From Vicugna vicugna (Eukaryota), in NCBI GenBank assembly GCA_013265495.1, contig MU059546.1:496001-560000 (forward strand): DNA of 64,000 bases, read 5' to 3'. The notes below the pieces were generated by a model. It saw nothing but the letters and a program-made list of their open reading frames with translations. It was not told the origin of the DNA and searched no databases. The position numbers and the translations under genes are program-made. Below, one piece after another: positions 38,899-50,800 of the stretch. Numbering within the stretch: the stretch's first letter is position 1; each line of letters begins with the position of its first letter.

Positions 38899-41800
38899 TC
38901 AGAGCACCGTCACGGCCATGCTGGGGTCATCGAGGGACCGGGTGATGAGCTTGGGGCGCTGCCAGCCTGGCACAGGGTCCTCTTCTGCCTCCTGTTCCTC
39001 CTCCTCCTCCTTCCCCTGATCCTTGGAGAAGTACAGGAATACCTAGTGGTGGGTGGCCCAAGAAAACAGGAGGGGAAGTCAGCTTGAGGGCCCCCAGCCC
39101 CACCCTTACCCCCAGCCCAGTCCTGGCGCTGCAGTCACCTCCTCTAGCGTGGTCTGGCTTACAGAGAAGTCCTCCACGCCATGCTCCGCCCCGTGAGCCG
39201 CCAGCTCTCCAAAGACGCGCGCCAGGGCGCAGCGCCCTCCCGGCGGCAGCTGGAAGCGCAGGCGGCCGCCGTGTGCCTCCCGCAGCTCGGCCTCCGGGAA
39301 CGCCGCTGCCACGAAGGCTGCCGCTGACTCAGACCGCGACAAGGGCACCCGCAGGGTCAGCGTGTGGCCAGCCCCGAATCTGGGGTGGGGTGGGGTGGGC
39401 GGGGCCAGAGCTACAAGGCCCGCCCACAGCCCACTCTTCCCTACAACCAGCCCACAGCACCCTCCTGCTTTCCTCTGGCCCCATCCCTATCCCCAGCTCC
39501 TCTAGACCCCTATCCAACACACGTGACCCCAACCCCTGCTTGTCCTTGCCCCACCCGCATGCTCGTTTCTTGTCTAACTTTGGTTTCCCCTAGGCCCCGC
39601 CCACATAAGGCCGCGCCCCGCCCACTCGCCAGGCCACGCCCACCCGCCAGACCCTCTTTGGCCTCTGCCCTGGCCTCTTGCACCCTCACCCATCAGACCT
39701 CATCCCCATCTTGGTCCAGTCTCGCCCTCTCAGTCATCTCTCCCGGACAGCCCATAATTTTTGCCTCTTCCCCACAGAGCCAAGATGGCCCCGCGTGGTC
39801 TCTCCTCCGGCTCCTCCTACAAGCCCCACGCTTACCTGCCCCAAGCCCGGTCCTGGAGGGCTGCCCCCGCTCACCTGCCCTTGAGGTGCTGCGTGCTGCC
39901 CAGGCAGCGGAACCTCCCGTTCACCATGACGGCGAGGCGCGTGCAGAGGGCCTCACACTCCTCCATGCTGCAGGAGCCCAGCGCCGTGAGCTCCAGCCTG
40001 GCCTGGACCAGCCACGCCCGGTGCTGTGCTGCCCCTGCCGGGATCCTCACCCGCCACCTCTAGACCACCCTGTGCTCGCGGGTAGTTCCTGTCGGGCCCA
40101 GACTGCTGTGTTTCCGGGGCCGGGTACCAACCCCTTGTGTCCTCCGAATCAGGCCGGGCACCCTCCCCCAAGGGCAGGACCACCCCATCCCTTGTGACCC
40201 CGTGCTCTGACACCCTCTCGCTGGGGCCTGGTCCACCTTTCTTCCCAGGCCGGGGCACCTGGACCCGCAGCCCTGGGCATCCAGTCTGGGGCCCACCTGT
40301 GCGAGGTGAGCACCACGGAGCGGCCCTCCTGCACCACAGCCAGGAGGCTGTTCCAGAGGAAGCGCCGGGCACTGGGGTCCATGCCGGTGGTCGGCTCATC
40401 CTGGGAGGGGAGAGATGTTTAAGCCCCGCCCCACCGGCCCCGACCCCGCCTCTGCCTAGGCCCCGCCCACACGCACCAGAAAGACCACAGCCGGGTCCCC
40501 CACCAGAGCCAGGGCTGTCGCCAGCTTCCGCTTGTTGCCACTGCTATAGGTGCCCGCGGGCCGGTCCGCATACTGAAGGAGCCCCAGGCGCTCCAGGCCC
40601 AAGCTTGCTGTCTGTGGTGGGCCAGAGTGAGAGTTGGGGGCCAGGGTGAGACGGGCCAGAGTGTGCCTGGGGGATGCCACGATGAGCCTGGTGGGGGCCA
40701 CAGCGAGGGCTGGGCAGGAAGGTAGTGAGAGCAAGTGGGCACAGAGTGAGGGCGGAGTGAGCACAGGGGTCCAGAGTGAGCGGAAGGGGCCAGGGAGAGG
40801 ATGGGGGTGTGGAAGGTAAATAAAGGGGGTGGGGCCAGAGCGCATACGGAGTGAGGACAGAGCGGGAATGCCACGTGGGCGTGGGGCCGGAGTACAGGAG
40901 AGGCAGGACTTGGCCCAGGGACAGAAGGCACCACCGCCAGGAAGCGCAAGCTGGACGGGAGTCCCGTGAGAGTGGGCGGGCTGGAGCCTGGAGGGTCAAG
41001 GAGGAAAGGGGCGGGTCCCTAAGCAGAGAGGGGGCAGATGCAGCCTGCAAGACTGTGGGAAGGGGAGGTGAACCGAAATGACTGTGTAGGAGCTGGGGAA
41101 GGAGCAGGGGGAGAGCTGGGGGAAGGGCAGGGGCAGAGGACCAGGTGTGGGTGGACCTGGGCTCTGGGTGTGGTCAAGGAGAAGGCAGATAAGCTGTGAT
41201 GCGGGGCGGAGGCAGGGGAGAGATGGTTGGGTGGGGGCTGGAGGGCTTGTTGGGGGGTGGTCACCTGGGCAACCTGGGCCTCGGGGACCCCGCGCAGGCG
41301 TGCAAACAGCTCCAGGTGCTCACGGCCTGTCAGCAGCTCGAAGATGGCATCAGACTGAGGGCAGTAGCCCATGTGGCGGTTAGCTGCAGCTGGTTCCTGG
41401 GTCACGCTGGGGACGGGGGGGGGGGGCACAGGTAGCTCAGGTAACTGGCTAGGCCTCGGCCATGCAGGGGCAAACAAGGGTCTCAGGGCCCAGCCACCCT
41501 GGTAAAGGACGGGGTGTCTCAGGGCCGAGTCCATGGGCAAGGGTGTGGGGGTCAGGCACTCAGGCCAGCCCGAGAGGACCATGCTGGGGAGGTAGTGGCC
41601 ATGCGCGGGAAAGGGTGGTGGGGAGGAACAAGGGCTCTGGGCTGGGGCTGCTCACCTGTGGCCCGCCAGCGTGGCCTCACCCCCGCTGGGCAGCGTGTCC
41701 CCCGTCACCATGCGGAAGGTGGACGTCTTCCCCGCTCCATTCACACCCAGCAGTCCAAAACACTGCAGGCACACCCACAGGTGGCGCTCAGTGAGGCCTC

Positions 41801-44800
41801 AGACCCTTGCCCCAGCGCCTCTGATTTCTGGGGTAGCTTTCTCAGTTCCACAGGGACCCCTGGGGCAGATACTGGGTGTGAAGGCAGACGTAAAGCTGCC
41901 ACTCGGCAGGAATGTGGCTGGCACACGGCACGTGCTGAATCCATCCGGGCACACAGGAGCTTTCTGAATGTCTCCGGCCACGCGTGGGGTGCCTGATAGC
42001 AATGGTGCCCAGAGAGAATTCAGGCTGGGTGCAAGTCAGCCTGAGGTGGAGAGGTTGGCTACACACAGTAGGCACTCGACACAGTGACTACAACTGACAC
42101 TAACACGCCACATGTGTCCATGGGTGTGTGCCAGCCCCCAGAAGGTGGCCAGTAAATGGCCCACAGCAGGTAAGTCTGCACAAAGTAATTGCTTGAATGT
42201 GAATCAATACAAAGCAGGTGCCGACTAGATACTGGCTGTCAGCAGTGCTCAGACATACACAGTAGGAGTTCAGTAAATACTGTTGGTGCTTGATAAAAAG
42301 TTGACCATCACAAAGGTGACATTCAGTACACTTTGGGTGCACACAAGGGGGCTCAACAATGCTTTAACATATACACTTCATAGTCAGTAAACGCTGATAC
42401 ACAGTAGGTGCTTGATTAATATAAACGGCATGTATGTGGGAGCCCAACAAGTGCTCAACCATTAATTTGTCCTCAGTAGGCTTGTTCTAATACCTGATAG
42501 CACACAGTAGGGGTCAATAAATGTAAGCATGCAGTAGGTGCTTAATGAGAATTTGTTGGCTCAAAATTGAAGCTCAAGTGTCGACAGCCAGTAAGTGCTC
42601 AATAAAGAGCAGCAGGTGCACAGTAGGTGTTCAGTAGAGGGAGATAAGCACAAACACGGTAAGGGGCGGGGGGTGCACAGTAGGGCAGCCTCTCAGCCCT
42701 GGACCAGAACCTCCACCCTGGACCTACCTCGCCAGGGGGGATCCCCAGGCACAGGCGGTTGACAGCCAGTGTCCTCTGCCCACGGTACACCTGGGAAGGG
42801 CACAGGTCCATGAGAATGGGGAGTGGGCCAGAGGGAGCCCCCCAAGCCCGCACTCTGCACCCACCTTGGTCAGGTCCCTCAGCACCAACACATCCCCCTG
42901 GGTATCCCCCAGCATGACCCGTTCCCGCTCACGGGCCACATCTTCATCCTCCTCTCCCAGGGGAGGCAGAGGCTTCAGCCTGGGTCTGAGAACAGAGAGA
43001 CATGAGTGAGCCCAGAGCCAGACCCCAGCCCGCACCACCCTCCCTGGTCCAGACTGACTGTGGCAGGAGGCGGTTGCGATGCTGCAGCAGGAGCGTGAAG
43101 AGGAGGAAGATGGGCCCCTGTACCACCATGGCCAAGAGGTTCTTGCCAACCACCTCCCAGCGCAGGGGTGACTGGAACTGCCCATCTCCTGTGGGGATAG
43201 GAAGGAGGGATTGGGTCATTTTGGGGGTCTTGGGATCTGGGTCCCTCTCTGTTTGGGTTATTTTGGGTTCTTTTTGTTTGTTTTTAATGCTTTTGTGTGT
43301 GGAGGAGATAATTAGGTTTATTTATTTGGTGGAGGTACTAGGAATTGAACCCTGGACCTCATGCATGCTAGGCAAGCACTGTACCACTGAGCTGTACCCT
43401 CCCCTCAACGTTGGGTTCTTAAGGGAAAGGACCAATAACTGAATAGGCCACTCAACTGGGGTCTAATTGGCATAGAAAATAGTGGCATTATCATCTCCCT
43501 TATTTAGGGCCTCAGACCTCTCGTGATGTGACCAAGATGGAATTGACTTTTACGGCTGCTTTGCTGCACCTCTAACTTGGTCCACCAGTTCTTGGGGCCA
43601 CCTAAGACCTTCAGTTCTCTTCCTGGGGGCTGTCATTTGTCCTTGCCTGTAGAATTGATGGCTAGAGGGAAGTTCTCACCCAAGCGCTCAAAGGCGTCAG
43701 CCATGGCCTGGTTCCGCACCATGTCAATGAGCCCCCGGCCCAGGCAGAAGTGGGGAAAGATAAGGAAGACCCGTTTCAGGATCTGGCTCACCTCCTGCAA
43801 TTTCTGCTCAAGGGCAGAAAGAAGGAGATAAGTCAGGGGCTGAGGCTGATGCCCCCATCCAACTCCAGCCCAAGGCCCAGGCTTGTGGTGCCCTTACCTG
43901 ATCAGAGAAGAGCTCAAGCACAAAAGTGGCCATGCTGCCATTGGTGCCAATAAAGAGGTTGATGCAGGTGAGCACCACGTAGGCCGTGCTGGGCACGGAG
44001 AAGAAGAAGGAGGCTGGGTACATGAGCGGTGTGATCGACCAGCTGAAGGGTAACAGGAGTTGCTCTTACTGCCCAGACAGGGTGCTGAGCAGCCCTGAGA
44101 GGAATACAGATCTCCCCTCCCAAATTCTGTGTTGTAGACTCCTGTGATGCGGGCCAGAACAAGATGAGCTTTTAAGGCCACCTCAGCACACCGCTGAACT
44201 AGATCACACTTGGGGTCAACTCAGACCTCCAAATCCTCCCCTTAGGAGTTGCTACAGAGTCCCATCTCCCTCAACAGTATTAGGTGGTAGGGGGTATCAA
44301 TAAGAACAAGCCCTGAGGGGCTGGGGGCCTCACCCATACAGTAGTAGCAAGAGCAGGAGGGCAGGCAGGTTGGCAGGGGCCACATACGCCCTCTGCTGGA
44401 AGGCCAGAAAAATGAGGACCACAATGCACGCTGGCACCAAGTAGTTACACTGCATTGGAGATGGCAGTTACACCCCTCAGTGTGCAGGGGCAGAAACTGG
44501 CATCCTCAGCACTGTACTCCCCCCACCCCCTGACCTCCCTGTGCTTTGGGTAGCAGGACATGAGGTCTCCCACAATCCCCAAGATTTCACTTGGGCCATC
44601 CTAGACATGATCTGCCCAGCAGGGGCAATGGCAAGTGGTGACTGGGGCCCCACCCCTCCAGGCAGACACCGCACCATGTCCCAGACAAAGTTGCTGAGCC
44701 AGTAGAGGGTTGGGGGCAGGCCACCCATGCACTGCAGGTGTTTGGCTCGGGTGACACGCTCGTCGATGAGGACAAGGGTGAAGCTGGCTGGGACGAAGGA

Positions 44801-47800
44801 CATAGCAAAGACCACGCAGATGGAGACAAGCACGTCCACTGAGGAGGCCATCCTGGGGGCGAGGGTAAATGAGCAGCTCAGAGCGGAACTGGGCATGCCA
44901 CAAATGGGACAGAGGTCCCCACGGCTGGGCATGGGTGGGGGATGGGGCCTGAGCCATTTCAGGTCGTTGGCCAGGGAGAGGTTGTGCAGGTCTCTCGTCG
45001 GATAGAGGTTGATGTGACAAGGATGTGCAGGCTGTTGGAGGAGACTGGAGCCTCATGCTGTCCCATTACCCTGGCCTAGGGAGTGCAGAGGGGCCGTTCC
45101 TGACCCCCATTTACAGAGCAGGAGTGTGGCAGAGCATAAATCCAACTCCTACTGCCCAAAACACCAGAAAAACGGAGGCGGGGGGACACACAGGGCAGAG
45201 GGACTCACAGCGCAGCCTCGGACAGCTGCTCCTTGGTGAGGTTCAGTGGATGGTTGATGGTGATAATGCTGTGGGCTTGACGGGTGGGGCCTGGTGGCCG
45301 ACGGGCATGTAGGAGAGCATTGTTGGCTCGGTTGACAAAGGCCACCATCGCGTGCCAGCCCTTGTTGTTGAACCATATCTGGGGTGGGGTCAGAGTGGAG
45401 GGGTCAGTGTGGGGGTCAGACCTGTCCCCAACAGCATCTGCCTGCTACCCGCTCCGTTCCCACCTTGAGGCTGTCCTGGGTGTCCAGACTGAGAGCCCAT
45501 GCTGTGAGGTTGTTCAGGATGCGGTCGAGGGCCCCGCCAGGTTGGGGACTCAGCAGGGCCCGCAGCTCCTCCACAGAGCGACCCACCTCAAGCCCTGAGG
45601 GTAGGCCCGGGTCTCGGCCCCCCAGCGAGAAGCCCCCATACCTGTGGAGCAGTGGAGGCAGGAGGGGCGGCTGAGGGCCTGGGCAGATGGGGCAGCAGAG
45701 TCTCCCAGCGGGCAGGCAGAGGGCACAGGAGGGAACCCGGGCGGGGACACTCCTCACCTGACCTCATTCACCCACTTCTTAGTTTTCAGGCTGTTGGCAG
45801 AGACAGACAGAGAGGTGACTGAGATGAAGAGACAGAGATGTGGGGGAGTCAGTGAGATAGACGAAAAGGGTGAGGAGTGGAGGGTACTCGGGAGGCCCCA
45901 GCCCAGAGCCCCAAGCCGGGCATCCACCTCTGACCCCCCCAGACCAGACCACCTCCTCCACCCGAGGACCCATGCTATAGCCAGGCACGCTGAGTCCAGG
46001 GCGGCGGCTCACCCCTGGCGCACTAGGCCCGGGTAGGTCTTGACCAGGAAGTCAGACAGATTCCGGCCGGTTAGGTTCTGGACCACTTCGCCCGAGCTGC
46101 TTGGCGCCTGGGGTGGCGGGGGACCACCGGCCCCTGAGGGACAGTCGGGCAGCAGGCGGCGGGCGCCAGGCCGGCTACACTGGCAGGCTGGGGACGGAGA
46201 CTCTGGCGTCCAGTTGCCCCTGGCCAAGACTTCAGCCACATCCGCAGGAACCTCGGGCACCGAGAACTGGCCGACGGCGGGCGGGGTGCACTTGGGCGCC
46301 CTACAGGGGCAGGGGCGGGGAGGGGTGGGGCTGGGCTGGGGTATCCGGCTTCCTGGGCTCCTCGAATGTGGACGCGCCCAGCTCCCAAGCAGGCACGGGG
46401 GTGCCCCCGGCACCCGCACCCACGGGGGCCCAGCGGCCAGAGTCCAGATAGTGAAACCGAGGCCAGAGAGGAGCAGGGTTCAGGCTTGGCAGGCCCTCAC
46501 CTGGCGGAGTTATTTCCCTCCAATCCGGCCTCCTCCAGCAGTGCCTCAAGCAGATGGGCACGTTCAGGGTCACCTGGGGCATCCTCGCTGCATGGAGTGG
46601 GGGTGCTGGGTCAGGGCTGCACCCGTAGGCCCCTGGCCCTCCCGCCACCAGCCCTCTCTCCTCTGCGCCCACCTGAAGAAGGACACCTGGGCACCGTACA
46701 TGCTGGGACTGAGCTGCAGAGGCGGGTAGTATCCAAAAGGAGGCACGACGAGGCTGAACGCCAGCGCAAGGCCCACAAAGAGGGCAGGCAGCACGATCTG
46801 AAGGACCAGCCCATCAGCTGTCCTCACCGTCTACCCTCCAAGCTTGCCTGCAGCCAGCCTCCCCAGATCCCGCTCTAGAACCATCCATGGCACCCCAGTG
46901 CTCTCAGTAAAAGTGTTCAGAGTGAGGGATATGCCTGGGATCAGGGGGCTGAATTAGGTCACAGAGTGGATTACAGGCCCCCAGGGTCCCCCACGCTGCC
47001 TCCCTGGTGCCCGGCCCCACTCACCTGTGCGAACAGGCCCCGGCGGCTGCGGTGGGCCAGCAGGAAGCGTTTGAGAAGCAAGGCCCGGAGCTGTTGGAGG
47101 GTCAGTGCCCAGCCCTGGACCCGGCCTGTGGCATCTGGCCCTGAGCTCTGCAGGGCCTGCATCTCTGGGGCAGATCCAGCTGTGGGGGGGGGTGGGAGGT
47201 CAATGCCCATGCCCTGATCAGGAGGGGATCAGGAGGGGCCACAGGGCTACAGGGTTGGGTGGGGACAACTCACCCAGCTCCCCATTCTCCAGGGTGGACC
47301 CATCGGGCAGAATCTTGAGCCGCGTGGTCACTTCCGGGTAATTCCTCAAGCACTGGAGCTGCCTGTGCTAACCATCTGTGGAGAAGGGGTCAGGGTCAGC
47401 GTTCAGCTGGGGTCTGGGTTTAGATCAAGGCTCACAGATGGAGGAGTCAGGAGTGAAGGATGTAGGTTGGGGCTATGCCTTGGGCCACGCTCAGCCAGGG
47501 ATGGGGACTTGGTCTAAAGTCAGGTCCAACTCTGGACCAGGGTCAGGGGCCTGGGACATGGACCTGTGGCTGCATTCTCTGGGCCTGTGTCTGTAGCACA
47601 GTCCTCTACCACCTTCAGGAAGATCTGGGGAGACAAAGCAGGGGGCTCAGAGCCTGGAGACACACAGGAGAGAGGGGGACTCAAGAGCCACCCAGCCCTC
47701 ATTGGTGGGGGTCCCCAGGCCTCCCCAAGGGACTCTGGGCCTCCAGGCCCCTGCGTGTGCCCTGCCTCCTCCCGTGGATGCCCAGCTGTCAACAAGCGGA

Positions 47801-50800
47801 CTCCTTCTCATCCTGCCAAGCGCCACCCCCTCCAAGCAGCTCACCTCCCACGCTGCCAAACCTCCCCCAGCAGCCTCACCTCCTCGAGGCTGGTGTCGGA
47901 GATCCCATAGCTGGCCAGCCCCAGCTTCCCCAGCTGCAGGTCCAGCTCACGGAAGAGCTCGGCGAAGCTGCCGTCCAGGGCACCCTTGTAGGGCAGTGCC
48001 AGCACCAGCTGGTGTGGCAGCTCCTCAACCAGCCGTGCCCCGGGCACCAGGCGCTGCACCAGGGCCAGCAGCTGGGGCACACCTGGGTGGGCAGTGGGGC
48101 ACGTGAGGGGCCCCGGAGGAGTGAAGTAGTCCCTGCTCCTGCCCCTCCCCCATCCTAGCCTCCCTGGGGAAGGGGCTTGGGTGCCCCGTGAGGAACCTGT
48201 CCCGAAAGGCAGAGAAGGTCAGGATTAAGCACCTGAGGGCAGGACCTGACCTGGACTCAGAGCCAGAGTCCACCCAGGGGCAGGGGTAGGTTTGTGTGTG
48301 GACTCAGCCCATGGTCAGGGGTCAGGGGTCCAGCCTGGGGTCAAAACCCTGTTGCCCTGAACCAAGTCACCGCCACCACCAGCCGCTCCCTCTGGCTCCT
48401 CCCTACCCCCTACCCTCACCGGCAGTGCTGTCATGGCTGCCCAGCTCCCCTTCCCTCCTGGTATCCTTCAAGTCAGTGTCACCCTGTGGACAGAGGAGCA
48501 CCAACTGCCATGGCCATCAGGTCTGGACAGAGCCTTGAGGGTCAGTGGTCAGAGGTCAGCCCTCACCTTTTTGCTGGCGGCCAGAGGTGGGGGACCCTTC
48601 ACCAGCGTCAGGTAGTATCCGGAGCCCAAGTGACGCCGCAAGAAGAGTGGGGAGCCACAGCAGCACAGGCGGCCGGCTGCCACTATTGCCACACGGTCTC
48701 CCAACAGCTCAGCCTCATCCAGGTGGTGGGTGGAAAGGATCAGTGTGCGACCTGGGCATGGGACCCAATCCGCACATACCACCCCGGCTGCAAGGCCTCT
48801 GCCAGGAATTGCCTGCCCCATGTGGTAAACTCCTCCTCACCCCTCAAAACCCCATCTCCAGCACCTTCTCATCAGAAACATCTTCTGGCTCCTCAAGCAG
48901 AATCCAGGGGAACCTCAGGCCACCCCCAACTCTTACCTTCACGGTATTTGAGCAGCAGCTCCCAAATGCTGCGACGGGAAGCAGGGTCCACACCAGCCGT
49001 GGGCTCGTCCAGGATAACGACTTGGGAGCCACCCACAAAGGCAATGGCCACTGAAAGCTTCCGCTGTGTCCCGCCTGGGTTGGGACAGGGGTGGGGTCTT
49101 GCATGACCCTGCCCCCCAGCCTCGGGCAGGGCTGCCTCCCTCCTCCCTGCCCCTTTCCCTACCCACCTGGGCCCCCAGATACCCGTCTCCTGGCTTCCCA
49201 CCGCCCTGGGGATAAAGTCCCAGCCCCTCCCCCCAGCCTCACCTCCACAGACCCAGAGGCTCCCCACCAGGCTGGGCTCACCAGAGAGGTGGCGCGTCTG
49301 TGTGTGCCGCTTGGGGATGAGCCCCACGTCCTGAAGCAGACGGTCCTGCTCAGGGCCCACGGCAGCTGCGCTCAGACCCTTCAACCGCCCGTAGAACCAG
49401 ACATGCTCATCCACAGTCAGCCTGAGGCCACAGGCGGAAAACAGGGTGGCCACCATGGCTGGCAGGGCCCCAGAGAACACCCAGCCCCTCCCATTGCCGC
49501 CCCCGGGGCCCACTGTGACGCACATGTCAAACAGCACGTTGTACTGTGGGCAAATGCCCAGGTGGGGCCGGATAGCTGCCATGCCGGACCGGACGTCATG
49601 GCCCAGGACACAGGCAGAGCCAGAAGTGGGTGGGAAAAGGCCGCTCAGGATGGACCTGGGGGTGCACAGGTCTCAGAACAGCTGCTCCTTCAGAGGGGAA
49701 AACCGAGGCTCCCAGAGAGGAGAGACCAGCACTTATAGGGTGCCAACTGTATGCCCATACCAAAGGGGTGTTACATCCCCATTTTACAGGAGACGGAAAA
49801 TGAGGCTCAAAGAAAGCACTTGTCGCCTGCCAATTGTGTGTCCAAAGTGAACTGGGGTCCCACCCTCACTGTACAGAAAGGAAACTTCCGACCCCAGATG
49901 ACCCCTGGGAAGGGAGGGGAGTGCAGGCTGCTCACAGAGTAGTGGTCTTGCCCGCTCCGTTGTGGCCCAGGAAGGCGGTGATGTGGCCCTGGTAGAAGTC
50001 CAGGCTGAGCCCCCGCAGGGCTGGCTGCGGGTTGCCAGGAAAGCGCTTTTCTAGGCCCCGTATGGAGACCCCGGGAACCAGGCCATGTGGTGCCTCCTCC
50101 ACCAGCACTGCAGAGGGAAGGTACAGTCAGCCATGGGAGCTCTTGGGGGTCTGGGAACCCTTAAAACTGGTCTGCGGAGTCGGGGACTTCTCGGGCTGGG
50201 GTCTGTAGGAGTTCGGGTAGCCCCAGGGGACCTGGGGAACTAGGGGGTGTCCAGAGGATCGGGATCTGTGGGAACCACGGTTTTGGGGGGGCCAGGGAAG
50301 TGGCTGCTAATGTTTGTCAGGCCTCACCCTGTGGGTCTTGCGGGGCAGGGGGCGGGGCGGGACCCTTGGGGGGCTGAGGGCCAATCCAGTAGCTCCTCTG
50401 AAAGGGAAAGTTCCATGGTTCGGGAATCCCGTACTGGCCTGTGGGAAATGGTGCTCAGTTACCCCTCGAGCCCACCCTCCTGCAGTGTGCCAGCTTCTGG
50501 CCACACACCTGGGATTAGGCCATCCAGGTAGGAGGTAACCAGGAAGTCCCATCCGCCTGCCCCAGGCTGTCCCTCCACGCAGCCACCAGTGTGCATGTGC
50601 AGAGGGGCAAGGAAGCCCCACCCACTCAGCTAGACCCGCCTCCAGGTACCAAAGGCCTTTCAGCCCCGCCCCACCCAGGGTCCCGCCCCTCAGCCAGCCT
50701 CCCTTGTGCTGGTGTCCCTCCTACAGCCCACCTGGGCACACGGCCTCCAGGTACCAGGTGGCGAGGCCGTAGAGAGTGGCATCGAGCAGCAGAAGGCCCG

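Noticed and set aside
42060-42690. CRISPR-like array
   Set aside because: Mammalian intron, degenerate repeats with irregular spacing, no cas genes; resembles L2/MIR tails.
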